Shown in pieces: positions 41,036-53,190 of a DNA stretch of 64,000 nucleotides. Origin of the DNA: Cyanophyceae cyanobacterium. GTDB taxonomy: Bacteria > Cyanobacteriota > Cyanobacteriia > Cyanobacteriales > Laspinemataceae. A program made the translations under genes and the position numbers. Below the pieces are notes generated by a model, which was given only the letters and a program-made list of their open reading frames with translations, did not search any database and was not told where the DNA came from. Every line of letters begins with the position of its first letter. The first letter of the stretch is position 1. The stretch is taken from positions 96,001-160,000 of the forward strand of contig JBBQFN010000007.1 of the NCBI GenBank assembly GCA_038321985.1, given 5' to 3'.

Positions 41036-42347
41036 TTGAGTTACCCGCTGAATGCCCGTTAAAATACCAATTGATACAGGAATTGACGCCCTGAAAATTT
41101 GACGTTTCAATCTATTTCTCCCTCGGTTGAGGGGTTAAAAATCTACAGTTCAAAGTCAACTCAAAGTTAACCCGGATACCGTCCCGAGCGTCGGGAAGAT
41201 TTTTGATTCAGTTCCTTTGGTCTAGATGCATTGCTTGATGAAACTGCAAAAGAATACAGTTGAGCGGCAAAGCCTGAATAACAATTAGGCTGCATCCCTA
41301 GCCTGAAATACAATAGGAGTACCTGCAAGAAGTAGATCCAGACTATTGTCAGGCAATCTCTGTTGCAGCAAGTTACAAATAACTCCCCACAACAACAGCA
41401 CAAAAGGATCATGAAACCCTGTCTGATTACCGGACTCCGGTTCAGGCGAATTTCATTTAGAGTCGCCCCGTAAAAATTTACCGGCTGACTGGTAAAACAC
41501 CCTCTCTCAAATTTTTTTATACAGACTCATTCTGATGAAATCAGCGAAAGTCAGCACCCAAATAAAATAAATACAACTTTTGCCAACTTGAACGCCGGAA
41601 CGAAAATGATGAAAAATCATCTCCGATGGCAAGCCCGCCCTGATTTGTTAGTAGTAATGTGCACCCGTTTTGATACGCAATCTGACTGAGGAATGCATAA
41701 CCAACACCTGAGACTGTTTGGGTTTGTCTCTCGTTCAGTCGGCTGAATTGACTCAGGGGAAAGACTGGTTTATTCTCTCTAACCTGAGCGCACCCTTTCT
41801 CTTCATTCGGCCAACTTGAACAATCAATTCCCGGTTTAATCTCTAGATTTTCAATGTTGTCGAGTCGGTGTTAACCCATCACCCCGAAAGTCTGTTGCTT
41901 TAACCTATTGGGGCATTGTACCCCGATTTCTAGGAAAATCTTGGCAGTTAGGGGGGATGGGGTTAAGGTGGTTACGGGCGATCGCCATCCTCTTCTAGGG
42001 TCAAAGTCAAGTTCGACAGAAAATTTGCCTTTGTTGCACCGCAATTTAAAACACTTCCAATAAGATGGTGCTTACACAAAGCGTTTAAAAAACCCCCACT
42101 GCTAGAAATTTTCCCCATCAGGAATGGGGCGATCGCCTGCCTATAAGGTGGCATTCTCAATGGGCTGACGTGTTTTTATGCTTTTTTGTTCTCTATTTTT
42201 CTTTACAAGTTAATTTAAAATAAACAGGGCTAATCCGCAATTGCACCCCGATATCATGGGGCAACGGTAATCAGGCAGTGCATTGGTCTATGATTGAGCA
42301 AGAGCCGATCAATCTCAACGCTCCAAAACGGTAACTGCGTTCTCCGT

Positions 42348-42950
42348 ATGTCAAATAATACAGACTTTAAAGCACTTCCACCCCCCGTCCAGCGCGTCAT
42401 CCCTGCGTTACGCAGAGTCGGCTGGATCAGTTTTTGGATACAGTTAGTTCTAGCTGTTGTTGCGGGACTAATTTTCTTATTTGCAATTTTGATTGAAAGT
42501 CCTGCACCTCGTGAAGCCGTCAGAACGAGTAATGTGGGAATTGGCCCGGGGATTTTCTTTGCAATTCTCGGACTGGTTTCCCTAGGATTAAGTATTTATT
42601 GGGCTTTTCGCTATACTCGCTTATCTCAACAGCTAGGTTCAGTCAATTCCAAACTACGCCCCCGCAGAGCGGATACGCTGAAAATGGTACGTCAGGGCCT
42701 GATGGTGAATTTGGCCGGGATGACCTTTACCCTGCTGGCGGCAGAAGCCATTGGCGGAATCCTCCTGGCAAAGGCACTCAAGTATCAAGGGGGTGGTTCC
42801 CTAGTCACCGCCCTGCGCCCACAAGATTTCATTCAAGCGTTGGATATTTTTGTGGTGTTGGCAAATACACATACGATTGTGGCCCACTTTATTGGGATTA
42901 TCACGGGACTGTGGTTGCTCAACTGGATCGAGAGCCAGGGTCAAGTGTAA
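42348..42950 (+). CDS. DUF3611 family membrane protein
   Basis: GWISFW.Q.VL.VV, NL.GM...L, I.ALD.FVVLANT.TI.AHF.G. Confidence 0.85.
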   Translation: MSNNTDFKALPPPVQRVIPALRRVGWISFWIQLVLAVVAGLIFLFAILIESPAPREAVRTSNVGIGPGIFFAILGLVSLGLSIYWAFRYTRLSQQLGSVNSKLRPRRADTLKMVRQGLMVNLAGMTFTLLAAEAIGGILLAKALKYQGGGSLVTALRPQDFIQALDIFVVLANTHTIVAHFIGIITGLWLLNWIESQGQV

Positions 42951-43004
42951 CCCGGAAACCATCGTCCCCAGGGCCAGGTGGGGTTGAGGTTTTATCCCCT
43001 AGGG

Positions 43005-44051
43005 TTACCACTCTAATGCTTCAGGTGGGGCTATCTCTGACAAGGCACAAGTGATCGCCCCAGAGGAGATTACACCGGGGGTTTGAATCGGGAGCGCACT
43101 TTGGGTAGAATTCAGGGCGGGGGAGGTTAAAGCGGAGTCTGGTTCCGGCAGGGTTCTCGGGGATGATTGGTCCGTCATCCACCCCAGCCCCCCAATTGCC
43201 CCGGCCATGAGCGCCGTATAGCCTAGATACAAATGCACAGGACTGACGGAAAAGTCGAGATTAAATGGCTGGAAATGCCCGGAGGCAGGAGAAATATTCT
43301 TCTTTTGCGGGATGGGTAAGGAATCCGCTATTCTCCTGCCCTCTAAGCCTAAAAAATTCCCAATTTTATAAATAAAGCTCCGCACGTAAACATCTTCGGG
43401 CAACTGTTCCAAAATGCCGTTTTCGATCGCTTCAATATGACGGCAAGGAACGAGGGTCTGTTGGTACAACTCCAGAATCGATAAACCGCGATCGCAGCGT
43501 GCGGCTTGGAGTTGCTGCCCGATTTGAGTGAGGCGATCGGTCCATTGTTGTTGCTGCTGAGCGATGATTTGGGCTTCTCGTTCAGCTTGAAGTGGTTTGT
43601 TGGCCCGTTGAAAGGGGTTGATTACTGGCTTTTGCTGTCTGAGGGTAGCACTCTTGCCTGCGATCGCTCCTCTATCGGCAGTAGTCAGGGATTGAGAATG
43701 GCTTTCCGGTGTTCGGATGTCCTCTAGGGCATGAGACTCGTGGCGATCGGCGGACTGGGGAAATAACTCTAGGGACTCAGGGACTAGACCCCCCTCATTC
43801 AGGGGTTCTAAAGGCTCCTGGCCCGGGGATATCCATTGCTTGATCGTTAGCCAGATTGCTTTTTTGGCGACAGCTTGAAGCAGCATAGAGGAACCGTCAG
43901 CCGACTCACCGAGTTTCTGCTTCAGGATCCCTAACGCGGTCCGGTAAACTTTTGTACTATACAGTTCAGACTCAATTTGACTAAGGATAGCAGTCAGTTC
44001 TTCTTGAGGAAGCGTGGCCTGGGAGATGGATTCAAGTGCCATGATACTCAT
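43005..44051 (-). CDS. RodZ-like XRE helix-turn-helix protein with C-terminal TM
   Basis: IGQQLQAAR..RGLS..EL...T.V...HIEAIE.G....LPEDVYVRSFI; TM YLGYTALMAGAIGGL. Confidence 0.8.
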   Translation of the reverse strand: MSIMALESISQATLPQEELTAILSQIESELYSTKVYRTALGILKQKLGESADGSSMLLQAVAKKAIWLTIKQWISPGQEPLEPLNEGGLVPESLELFPQSADRHESHALEDIRTPESHSQSLTTADRGAIAGKSATLRQQKPVINPFQRANKPLQAEREAQIIAQQQQQWTDRLTQIGQQLQAARCDRGLSILELYQQTLVPCRHIEAIENGILEQLPEDVYVRSFIYKIGNFLGLEGRRIADSLPIPQKKNISPASGHFQPFNLDFSVSPVHLYLGYTALMAGAIGGLGWMTDQSSPRTLPEPDSALTSPALNSTQSALPIQTPGVISSGAITCALSEIAPPEALEW

Positions 44052-44602
44052 TAAATCAGGGGGACTTCAGTCAGTAGCAACTGAATGAACAACAGCTAAC
44101 CGTCAATCCTGTCTTTGCCCAAAATCTTGAGTTTAGCCCGAAGTTAGACTCAGGTCTGGCTCGGCAGGTAATCGGGGAGAATCTGTGTCTGAGTATCTTC
44201 ATTCGGGTGATTTGTCCCCCTTCAGGATGGAAGAATGGCTCCCTGGGTGACAATTGGCACCTCGGAGGTAGGGGAATGCCTCAATGGATCCGAAACCTGT
44301 GCGGCCCTCCGGAACGAGTTCGCTGCCTTACCCATTGCGAGTTTCGGCTCCCTCCTAGCTCGATTACGGAGTAGATATCGGCTCAACCCTAAGGTAGAGA
44401 TCGCCTTAATCCCACTGAAAAAAATAGAAATCGGATCGGTTCGCTCCCGTGATATTCTTGTTTTGCCCTAGGATTTGCTCTTGCTGGGTTCAGGGCAATC
44501 AAAAAACCTGTACGCCTTGACCCCAATGTGGTAAGGGCGTTTTCCGGTTTTATAATTCCGTTTTGCTCCTCGCTACTGATCTTTATCTTCCTATTATCTG
44601 TC

Positions 44603-45184
44603 ATGTCCCGATCGGAATCACCAAAAGAGAATGGGCAATCCCACACTCCATCCACAATTTTGACGGATGAGTCCGGGCGATCGCTATCTTGCTACATTGA
44701 ACACTCCGTAGAAGTAAACGGTAATACTTACGTTTTACTCACTCCCATTGATACGCCGGTGGAAATTTTCGCATGGCAAGCCGAGGATGAAGATGATGAA
44801 CCTATCCCCATTAGTGAAGACGAAGTTGACCTCATTTTTGATACGGCTAAAGCGGTCCTCGAAGAACAAAACCTCACCCTAAAACGCACTGCAATTACCC
44901 TAACGGTTAGCGGTGATCTTCCAGAATTTACGGAAGAAGAAATCAATGAAGAAGATTCTGCGGAAGCGGCAGAATATGAGGAACTTCAGTGGTTAGCTAG
45001 CTTCTATCACGAAGAAGCTGAGTATGCCATCTACTCTCCTTTAGATCCCGTCTTCATTTTGGCTCGCCTCAATGAAGAAGGAAACCCCGAGTTACTTTCT
45101 GATGAGGAGTTACAAGAACTTGAACCTATGATGTCTACTTTAGAAGGCATGATAGAAGAACGATTGTTCGAGGAACTCGAATAA
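44603..45184 (+). CDS. DUF3727 domain protein
   Basis: L.DE.GRSL.CYIE, LL.P.D.PVEIFAW, AKAVL.EQNLTLKRTA.TLTV.G, Y.PLDP; ATG 44603. Confidence 0.85.
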   Translation: MSRSESPKENGQSHTPSTILTDESGRSLSCYIEHSVEVNGNTYVLLTPIDTPVEIFAWQAEDEDDEPIPISEDEVDLIFDTAKAVLEEQNLTLKRTAITLTVSGDLPEFTEEEINEEDSAEAAEYEELQWLASFYHEEAEYAIYSPLDPVFILARLNEEGNPELLSDEELQELEPMMSTLEGMIEERLFEELE

Positions 45185-45680
45185 CGACAGGGAACTGTAT
45201 CCCCCCGGGGTGAGGTCGGTAATAGATTGGAGGTGGGACTAGAATCAATGTTGAAGCCCGATCAGTCCCATTTCAATAAAATTTTTAGCGGGATCAGCAC
45301 CCAAAACTGTCCTAAAATCAGAATAAAAGGCGATCGCGTTGGAGCGCTTCCCATCAGGGTTGTACAGACGATGGTGTTCGTCGCCAGCCGGACCCTTGCC
45401 GGACTAGACAAAAGCGACTCCAACTTGGAAAGAATCAGGCTCTAAGATGCACAACGTAGAAGATCCCCGGCCCGAATATCCCCGTCTCGGTGCATAAGTT
45501 ATCTAAGGGCTACCTGAACATAAGATTGGGATCGCCGTCTGATGTTGAGTCTATCAATTCACCGATTAAAGACTACCCTGGAATACAGGAATGCCGCTGG
45601 TAAAGATCCCCGAGGGGTGATGGCGGGCGATCGCTTCTCCATCCGGACAATATCCCCTGAGATCCTCACGGCATCCCCTC

Positions 45681-46799
45681 ATGGTTGTTACAGATCAACA
45701 GAAGATGAAAGCAGCGAGTCAACGAAAAACAAATTGGTTGTTATATGTGGCGCTTATCCTCTGCGCTGCGATCGGAATCAGTGCATGGCAAGGTTGGAGG
45801 TGGTGGATCTCATCTAGTGCACCAGCTTCTCAATCCTTATCGAGGGATGCGGTTGTGGAAGCTCCTCAGCTTCAAGTCGTACAAATCGAGCCTGGGGAGC
45901 CAGGACAACTCATTGGAGTTAAGCTAGAAGAACAGGGGCTAATTCGTTCGGCAAACGCCTGGAATATGTGGACTCGATGGTTAATTCGTCAAAACCCAGA
46001 AGGGGGTTACAAAGCCGGAACCTACCAAGTCTCCCCGACTGAACCGATGCAGGCGATCGCCCAAAAAATCTGGAACGGCGAGGTCATGCAGCTCGATTTC
46101 ACCATTCCCGAAGGCTGGAATATCAGACAAATGGCTGAATATTTCGAGTCTAAAGGGTTTTTTCCGGCTGAAGAATTTCTCGCCGCTACCCAAGAAATTC
46201 CCTGGGCTGAATACCCCTGGCTCCCTAAAGATTTGCCTCATTTAGAAGGCTTTTTATACCCGGATACTTACAAACTCCGAGCCGATGATCTAACCCCTCA
46301 AGCTATTATTCAACCGATGCTTGATCGGTTTGAACAGGTAGCTCTCCCCGTTTATCAACAACCCCAAAATCAAACGAATCTAAGTCTCAAAGAGTGGGTT
46401 ACTCTGGCTAGTATTGTTGAAAAAGAGTCCGTCGTGGCATCGGAACGTAATCGGATTGCCGGTGTATTTACCAATCGTCTCAAACAGGGGATCTCTCTCG
46501 GTGCAGATCCGACGGTGGAATACGGATTGAACATTAGACAAACGGAAGATCAGCCTTTAACTTTGGCACAGGTGAATACACCTTCCCCTTACAATACTTA
46601 TCTCAATCCAGGTTTACCTCCTACCCCGATCTCTGCACCGGGAGTTGCCAGTTTAGAAGCCACTTTAGCCCCCGAAGAGACGGAGTATCTCTATTTCGTG
46701 GCTCTTTATGATGGCACTCATATTTTTAGTCGCACTCTAGCGGAACATGAAGCGGCTCAAAATGCAATTTGGGACGAACGCGACCCAAGTTTACGTTAA
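45681..46799 (+). CDS. mltG: Endolytic transglycosylase MltG
   Basis: TIPEG, LEGFLYPDTY, LASIVEKE, DPTVEY, SPYNTY.NPGLPPTPI, YLYFVA. Confidence 0.95.
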   Translation: MVVTDQQKMKAASQRKTNWLLYVALILCAAIGISAWQGWRWWISSSAPASQSLSRDAVVEAPQLQVVQIEPGEPGQLIGVKLEEQGLIRSANAWNMWTRWLIRQNPEGGYKAGTYQVSPTEPMQAIAQKIWNGEVMQLDFTIPEGWNIRQMAEYFESKGFFPAEEFLAATQEIPWAEYPWLPKDLPHLEGFLYPDTYKLRADDLTPQAIIQPMLDRFEQVALPVYQQPQNQTNLSLKEWVTLASIVEKESVVASERNRIAGVFTNRLKQGISLGADPTVEYGLNIRQTEDQPLTLAQVNTPSPYNTYLNPGLPPTPISAPGVASLEATLAPEETEYLYFVALYDGTHIFSRTLAEHEAAQNAIWDERDPSLR

Positions 46800-46803
46800 A
46801 ACT

Positions 46804-46846
46804 TTCCCCAAGTAGCAGATATCAATCCCTGCTTGGGGAATTTTTA
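46804..46846 (+). terminator. Probable terminator after mltG
   Basis: TTCCCCAAG...CTTGGGGAA stem followed by a T-run. Confidence 0.6.
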
Positions 46847-47098
46847 GGACGGTGATGCGATTGCCTCCGGCATAGCTGCGCTTACCGCCGCCGGATTAAT
46901 AAGGGGAGGATGTCAAAATCATCATGAGGGAAATGTGGTTTGAGCCAGAGCATCCCAGCAGTAGCGGGGATCGCGCTGTAATATCAGATAATCGGGTGAC
47001 GGCACGTTCTAGGTGGTCTATCTCAAGATGCTGTTAAACTGTGGTTTCCGGCATTCCGGAGGACGGTCGTTAGTGTTAGTCAGTGAGGGTCAATTGCT

Positions 47099-47620
47099 AT
47101 GTCTTGGGGAAAACTCTTAGAACCCGATTTATTTTTAGGGGACTCAATTTTAAGCCTGACACCCGAGATCGTGAAAGAGTACGACCTCAAGGGTCTGGTT
47201 TTGGATGTGGATGATACTCTCGTCCCCATCCGAGAAATCCAGGTTTCTGAGTATTTGCGACAGTGGGTGGAGCAAATTCGCCCGGTTGCTACCTTATGGT
47301 TAGTTAGCAATAACATCAGCGAAGTTCGGATCGGTGGGATCGCGCGCTCTTTAAATTTGCCCTACATTACGGGTGCGGCGAAACCCTCTCGCCGGAAGTT
47401 ACGACAGGCGGTTACCGGGATGAACCTGCCGGTGGAAAAGGTGGCAATGGTGGGCGATCGCCTGTTTACTGATGTCCTCGCCGGCAACCGCTTAGGAATG
47501 TTTACCATTCTGGTAGACCCGATGGTGGATCCGGGGGCGATGATGCGAACTACTCATCCGGTGCGCTCGCTGGAAGTCTGGCTATCTCAAATCCTCGGCG
47601 CTTCCCTCGCCAAGAAGTAA
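47099..47620 (+). CDS. YqeG-family HAD IIIA phosphatase
   Basis: [29 protein letters not shown]. Confidence 0.92.
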   Translation: MSWGKLLEPDLFLGDSILSLTPEIVKEYDLKGLVLDVDDTLVPIREIQVSEYLRQWVEQIRPVATLWLVSNNISEVRIGGIARSLNLPYITGAAKPSRRKLRQAVTGMNLPVEKVAMVGDRLFTDVLAGNRLGMFTILVDPMVDPGAMMRTTHPVRSLEVWLSQILGASLAKK

Positions 47621-47672
47621 TCAAACGTCCCTCCGGTTAACTCAACGCCCTGGATCCCGCGACCCGGAATAT

Positions 47673-48833
47673 ATGAATTTGCAAACCTTAGTCGTCAAAA
47701 TTGGCACTTCTAGTCTCACCCAGGATAGTACCGGCAACCTGGCGATCGCCACCATTGCGGCCCTCGTTGAAACCCTCAGCGCACTCCGCCAGCAAGGACA
47801 TCGCGTTATCCTAGTTTCCTCCGGTGCGGTGGGAGTTGGTTGTGCTCGCCTGGGATTAAAAGAACGTCCCCGCACGATCGCCCTTAAACAGGCGGTAGCG
47901 GCTGTGGGTCAGGGCCGTTTAATGCGGGTTTATGATGACCTCTTTACCACCTTGCAACAGCCGATCGCCCAAGTTCTCCTAACTCGCAGCGATTTAGTCC
48001 AACGCAGTCGCTACGTCAACGCTTACAACACCTTCCAAGAATTACTACGCCTCGGAGTAATCCCGATTGTCAATGAAAATGATACGGTTGCGGTCGAAGA
48101 ACTCAAGTTCGGCGACAATGACACCCTCTCCGCAATGGTCGCCAGTTTAGTCGAAGCTGACTGGTTGTTTCTGATGACCGATGTGGATCGCCTCTACTCG
48201 GCAGACCCCCGCAGCAATCCGGACGCGCAACCCATTACCCTGGTTCAACACCTGGATGAGCTTACTCAGCTACAAGTCCAAACCGGAGGCAGTGGGACCA
48301 ATTGGGGGACCGGGGGCATGACGACTAAAATTGAGGCAGCTAGAATTGCCACGGGTTCCGGGGTCCGCACGGTGATTACCTCGTCTCAATCCCCACGGAA
48401 CCTGGAGAAAATTTTGCAAGGAGAGGCGATCGGAACTCACTTTGCACCCCAACCGCGCACCAGTAATGCTCGCAAACGCTGGATCGCGAATGCGGTCATC
48501 CCTTCGGGCCAACTTTATTTAGATGCCGGGGCGATCGCCGCAATCTGTCAAGGGGGAAAGTCTCTACTGCCTGCCGGAATCGTCGAGGTGTTGGGAGAAT
48601 TTGAGGCATCGGATGCGGTGCAACTGTGCGATCGCACAGGTCGAGAAATTGCTCGCGGACTGGTCAACTATAGCAGTACCGAACTTGAGCGGATTCGCGG
48701 ACGAAAATCTGATGAAATTTTAACAATTTTGGGTTATGTTGTCGCCGATACTGTAATCCACCGGGATAATTTAGTTTTAAACCGTTCCACTAGCGATGCA
48801 GCCGATTTGAACAAAACCGATATGCTCTACTAA
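47673..48833 (+). CDS. proB: Glutamate 5-kinase
   Basis: [39 protein letters not shown] domain. Confidence 0.97.
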   Translation: MNLQTLVVKIGTSSLTQDSTGNLAIATIAALVETLSALRQQGHRVILVSSGAVGVGCARLGLKERPRTIALKQAVAAVGQGRLMRVYDDLFTTLQQPIAQVLLTRSDLVQRSRYVNAYNTFQELLRLGVIPIVNENDTVAVEELKFGDNDTLSAMVASLVEADWLFLMTDVDRLYSADPRSNPDAQPITLVQHLDELTQLQVQTGGSGTNWGTGGMTTKIEAARIATGSGVRTVITSSQSPRNLEKILQGEAIGTHFAPQPRTSNARKRWIANAVIPSGQLYLDAGAIAAICQGGKSLLPAGIVEVLGEFEASDAVQLCDRTGREIARGLVNYSSTELERIRGRKSDEILTILGYVVADTVIHRDNLVLNRSTSDAADLNKTDMLY

Positions 48834-49048
48834 AAGCCGGTTTGGTGTTTCTTTCAGCAATCTGCTTTGATTTGACAGGGGCAGAAATTTTAGGTTAAAA
48901 TTACCCCATTCATTGAATGAGGCTATGCTCATGCCGATTCGATTCTCAATGAAGTGATAATAACCTCGGCTCACCTGCCCAAATTCAGGGATTTTTTTCA
49001 TCCATCCCCGCACTAAAAATACTTCTACAGCACGGAAAAAAATAGACG

Positions 49049-49453
49049 ATGAACCCCGATAACGTCATGGAATTTTTACAAACCGGATTTCGAGTTGGGG
49101 TAGGCGCGACGGCTTCCCTACTCGAAAGTATTCAAGACCCCCAAAAACGAGAAGAAAATCTGGCAGACTTGAAACTAGAGGCCAGGGATTTAACCCGGAA
49201 GTGGGCAGAAAAAGGAGAAATGACTGAACGGGAAGCCCGAAATTTTGTCGATACTCTCATCGATCACCAGCGATCGCCCGGGGAAACCCCTTCCTCGGCA
49301 ACTCCCCAACCCCCTGGTTCTGCGCCTGAGTCCTCCCCTCCAACTTCGGCGACCAATCCGCAAGTTTATCAGGATTTACAAGACTTGACCGCCCAAATTG
49401 CAGCGTTGCGGTCTGAGTTAGAAAATTTACAGCGAAAAGACCCCGAACTCTAA
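49049..49453 (+). CDS. Conserved hypothetical coiled-coil protein (phasin-like)
   Basis: GFRV..GATASL.E, W.EKGE.TE.EAR.FVD, C-terminal coiled coil. Confidence 0.75.
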   Translation: MNPDNVMEFLQTGFRVGVGATASLLESIQDPQKREENLADLKLEARDLTRKWAEKGEMTEREARNFVDTLIDHQRSPGETPSSATPQPPGSAPESSPPTSATNPQVYQDLQDLTAQIAALRSELENLQRKDPEL

Positions 49454-49659
49454 GCAGGGGTTGCTGGGGTATCAAAGATTAGCACAATTAAAATACAATT
49501 TGTGAGGATATTTCTCCTCTAAACACCGATTTAGCTCTTAATGGTGAGACAGGAGAATGAGAAATTGGTCCTCTAATTTCTAGTCCAACTTTTCAGAGTG
49601 GGACAAAGGCGGCTGAATGAAGCATTACCAGAAGGGTAGACTGTTGCCCTATTTTTTTT

Positions 49660-49705
49660 GCGGTTGCTTCTACCGTAGTGACTGCCCTACCGTAGAAGCA
49701 ACCGC
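49660..49705. terminator. 14-bp perfect inverted repeat between convergent genes
   Basis: GCGGTTGCTTCTAC (49660-49673) / GTAGAAGCAACCGC (49692-49705); a second imperfect IR at about 49747-49790. Confidence 0.6.
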
Positions 49706-49823
49706 CTACTACTTTTTGAGATCTACTTAGAAGCGTCAGGATCTGCCCTGTCCAGAAAAAGCAAAATAAAATTTACTTTTTCTTGACAGGACAACACTTA
49801 TTTGATATATAGCACTAAATTTT

Positions 49824-50054
49824 TTAATCGTTGCCCCAGTCTTCGCGACCCATCAGGTCCACAATGCGATCGCGCAGCAGAAAATCATGTTTTTCTAGTT
49901 CAGACTCAACCACTGCCCATTCCCGTGCAGGGATGTACTGGCAGAGGGTATAGATAGGTTGTTGCCGTCCCACAAAGCCATTTTTGACTAAGGTACGGGC
50001 TTCTTCTTTGATGAAGTCGATTGAATATTGAATGGTAGATGTAGATGGAGCCAT
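49824..50054 (-). CDS. DUF4327 family protein
   Basis: YSID.I.EEAR.LV..G.V.RQQPIY.LC.YIPAREW..VE.ELE..DFLLRD.I.DL...E.W.ND. Confidence 0.88.
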   Translation of the reverse strand: MAPSTSTIQYSIDFIKEEARTLVKNGFVGRQQPIYTLCQYIPAREWAVVESELEKHDFLLRDRIVDLMGREDWGND

Positions 50055-50820
50055 CTTTAAAACCTCGCTAGATAGATTTTTTAATCAACGTTATATCTGT
50101 GACCACCCCCCCCAGTTAAGTGAAGACTTCATAAAATCTCATTCTCATTAAAGAAGGGAGACGACTGGGCGGCCTCTTGTGGTAATTGTTACATTCTATA
50201 CAGCAGCATTTTTATTCTCGCGCTAATTGTCTCCTATTCATCTTAATAAAAGATAAAGAATTATGCACCCCCAGATAGATAATTTCTGGTGATGCCTCTA
50301 CCTCTAGGCTTAGGAGATCGTTAATAGACCTCTTCCAAAATTCCTGATTAATACCGCCCAACCCCTGAGTAAGAAAGGCTTGGGAGCTTTTGGACAGAAT
50401 TCTAATGATTGCATTATTTCTAGTTTCAACTAGAAAGATTTAGAAACAATGTTATACAGGGGGAGGGTTGTAGCCATAGTCTTCCGGGCAATTTTATATA
50501 AATATTGCTTTCAATGGTCAATCCCATTCCCCGCTTCCTGTCTGGGTATTTGTTTTTCCCCTAGTGGGTTTGGATCTCCCTTCCGAACCTCCCGGAGATA
50601 GCCCCCACGCCCCCGGTCTGAATCAAAGGAAAACTGTTTTGTTCCCGGGGAAAGATTACTCAAAGTGTTCAGTTTTGTCATCGTTTCTTGACGTGAGGGA
50701 ACCCTATTCTGGGAATTTTAGGAGCAGGGAAAGAGGGATTTGGAAGGGCCTAATGGGAGAGGGATCGCTGCTTTCAGGGATTAAACCGGGTTAGAAATGG
50801 CTTATTTTACATCGTTAACT

Positions 50821-52479
50821 TTAGTAGAAAGGGTTCGCTGGGGTTGGGGTCAGGGTTAGTCCAAATAATGTTTCGAGGGCGATCGCTTGAGCGGCACCCA
50901 TTTGACCGTAAGAAAAGACAAAGGGAATGGACGGAGGCAACAGGGCCTTAAATTCATCTAAAACGTAGGGGCTACCATAAATGGCAATTGCCTGTAGTTG
51001 TCCCGTTTCTAATAATTGCTTGAGCCATTCTCTCGCGAGGCGGGTCACTTGGGCGGGTCCACCAAAGGGATTACCCCGGATAAAGATTTGAAGTAAGGTT
51101 TTACCTGTTCCCATTGCCTGGAAGTCTTGTCCTCGACAGGGGCTAGAGCAATCAACCCCATGAAATTGATAGCCTTTAGACTTGGGAATCACGATCGCCG
51201 GTGCTTGTTTATTCAGAAACGCACTATTAATCAGGGAGTCCGTTATCAATAAATTATTTAAATACTCCCCGGATTCCGGTTGAGGCAGGGATAAAGGCAA
51301 AGACCCCCCAATTTGCTGAGACTCTCGTAAGATACTGTCTACAGAAGCGATCGCACCGGGAGTGGAAAGGTTAATCAGCTGGGCTGTTGGGGAAGTCGGG
51401 GGATTGACAACTACGGAAGGGGAAAAAAGTTTTCGTTTAGCCTTCCAAATGCGAGTGACGGATTCACGAATGCGATCGGGGGAGATGCGACCAGATTTAA
51501 CCGCATCGCAAATAGCAGTAATCGCTTGGGCTGGATCCAGCGGCATTAATAAAATATCGGCCCCGGCTTCTAACGCTAAAATCGGGGCTTCATTAGCACC
51601 ATAACGGTTGGCGATCGCCCCCATGACCAAAGCATCGGTGACAATTAAGCCATCAAAGCCAAACCTTTGCCGTAACTGTCCCGTTAAAATCTGGGGAGAA
51701 AGGGTGGCAGGATGGTCGGAATCCCAGGCTTCAATGCACAGGTGAGCGCTCATCACTGCATCCACCCCAGCAGAGATCGTCCGTTGAAACGGCGGAAGTT
51801 CGACGGCCTCTAGTCGTTCCTGAGAATGTCGCAACACCGGCAGCTCGATATGAGAATCTACGCTGGTATCCCCATGTCCGGGAAAATGCTTAGCACAGGT
51901 GAGTACAGGATACTTTTGAGCGCCCCGCATAAAGGCTAGGGCTAACTCACTGGCGGTTTCGGGATTTTCCCCAAACGAACGGACATTAATAACAGGGTTA
52001 GCGGGATTATTATTGACATCCACCACTGGGGCGAGGACCCAATTAATCCCGACGGCGAGGGCTTCCTGGGCGGTATAAGCTCCCATTGCTGCGGCATAAC
52101 CCTCAGCTTTCGACGGGTTTTCTACCGCAATCCGGGCGATCGCCATTGGCGGGGGAAACCAAGTGGCCCCGGCAAACCGCTGTCCGACACCTTCTTCGAT
52201 ATCGGCAGCGATCAGCAATGGATATTTAGCCCAGGATTGCAATTGGTGCGATCGCAGTATCAAATCTCCTGCACTGCCTCCCACCAAAATCACACCCCCG
52301 ACGCCCTTTCCTTGCACTAGCTGCTGTAACTGGGCCGCTGGGGGTTCCCAATCAGGATATTCGATTTGGTGGTCAAACAGGTGTCCAGACGCTCGCACGA
52401 CGAACAACTGAGCCACCTGTTCTTCTAAAGATAAAGTTTCAAGATCCGGCAGTGCCGGGATCTGCTCCGACATATCCAC
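50821..52479 (-). CDS. nagZ: GH3 beta-N-acetylglucosaminidase (NagZ-like)
   Basis: KHFPGHGDTSVDSH signature, ADIEEG, APVVD, TDALVM. Confidence 0.85.
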   Translation of the reverse strand: MDMSEQIPALPDLETLSLEEQVAQLFVVRASGHLFDHQIEYPDWEPPAAQLQQLVQGKGVGGVILVGGSAGDLILRSHQLQSWAKYPLLIAADIEEGVGQRFAGATWFPPPMAIARIAVENPSKAEGYAAAMGAYTAQEALAVGINWVLAPVVDVNNNPANPVINVRSFGENPETASELALAFMRGAQKYPVLTCAKHFPGHGDTSVDSHIELPVLRHSQERLEAVELPPFQRTISAGVDAVMSAHLCIEAWDSDHPATLSPQILTGQLRQRFGFDGLIVTDALVMGAIANRYGANEAPILALEAGADILLMPLDPAQAITAICDAVKSGRISPDRIRESVTRIWKAKRKLFSPSVVVNPPTSPTAQLINLSTPGAIASVDSILRESQQIGGSLPLSLPQPESGEYLNNLLITDSLINSAFLNKQAPAIVIPKSKGYQFHGVDCSSPCRGQDFQAMGTGKTLLQIFIRGNPFGGPAQVTRLAREWLKQLLETGQLQAIAIYGSPYVLDEFKALLPPSIPFVFSYGQMGAAQAIALETLFGLTLTPTPANPFY

Positions 52480-52482
52480 AGA

Positions 52483-52911
52483 TTAAGCCCCAGTTTCTGA
52501 AATTTCGCTCTCGTTTAGATCCACTTCTTCCTGATCCTCGTCAGGATGATGGTCCTTGCGTTCTTCACTGATTTGATTGAGCAGTGTCAGGATTCGCGTC
52601 CCTCGTTCGATGGATCGGTCTTCTAAAAATATCACTTCCGGGGTCCGACGCAATCGAACCCGGTGGCCGAGTTCCCTGCGGATGTATCCAGTAGCGGCTT
52701 GTAACCCTTCCATTGTTTCCGCCCGTGCTTCATCACTGCCATAGATACTGACAAAAATCTTGGCGTGTTGGAGGTCCCCGGAGACATTGACATCGGTAAC
52801 GCTGACCATTCCCGCGCCCACTCGGTCATCCTTAATGTCGCCGATTAACATCAAACTGACTTCGCGTTTAATCAAGGATGCGACGCGCTCTACTCGACGA
52901 TCTGTAGCCAT
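52483..52911 (-). CDS. rbfA: 30S ribosome-binding factor A
   Basis: [36 protein letters not shown]. Confidence 0.97.
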   Translation of the reverse strand: MATDRRVERVASLIKREVSLMLIGDIKDDRVGAGMVSVTDVNVSGDLQHAKIFVSIYGSDEARAETMEGLQAATGYIRRELGHRVRLRRTPEVIFLEDRSIERGTRILTLLNQISEERKDHHPDEDQEEVDLNESEISETGA

Positions 52912-53190
52912 AATATTGATTCCCTTGTTTGCATGGTCATGAAATTTGGGTGGTGCTCGGATACAACCACCTATCTGTAAGTGTAGAGTTTCAATCCGTG
53001 CTACCGCTACGTCAGAAAACCACTCCTCTAGGAGGATTTCTTTCTAGGGAGGGTGATTTGGCATTTTTATCAGGACGCTCTTTCTTGTAAGAATGTCTAA
53101 GTACCGGGCCGGAATGATGCCCGGTCCGAAAGGGTCTAGGATTTACACTGGCTGGGTTATTCCCTTGTCCGAGGCGATCGCGTGGGTGAC

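Noticed and set aside
44052..44602. Remnant of ruvX/yqgF, which often precedes DUF3727-mltG
   Set aside because: No convincing RuvX motif (LGLD.G..RIG, DERL) found in the + strand frames I read.
46855..46892. Possible small HIP1-associated dispersed repeat (GCGATTGCCTCCGGGCATAGCTGCGCTTACCGC)
   Set aside because: Single degenerate copy in the window; resemblance too weak to call without a genome-wide search.
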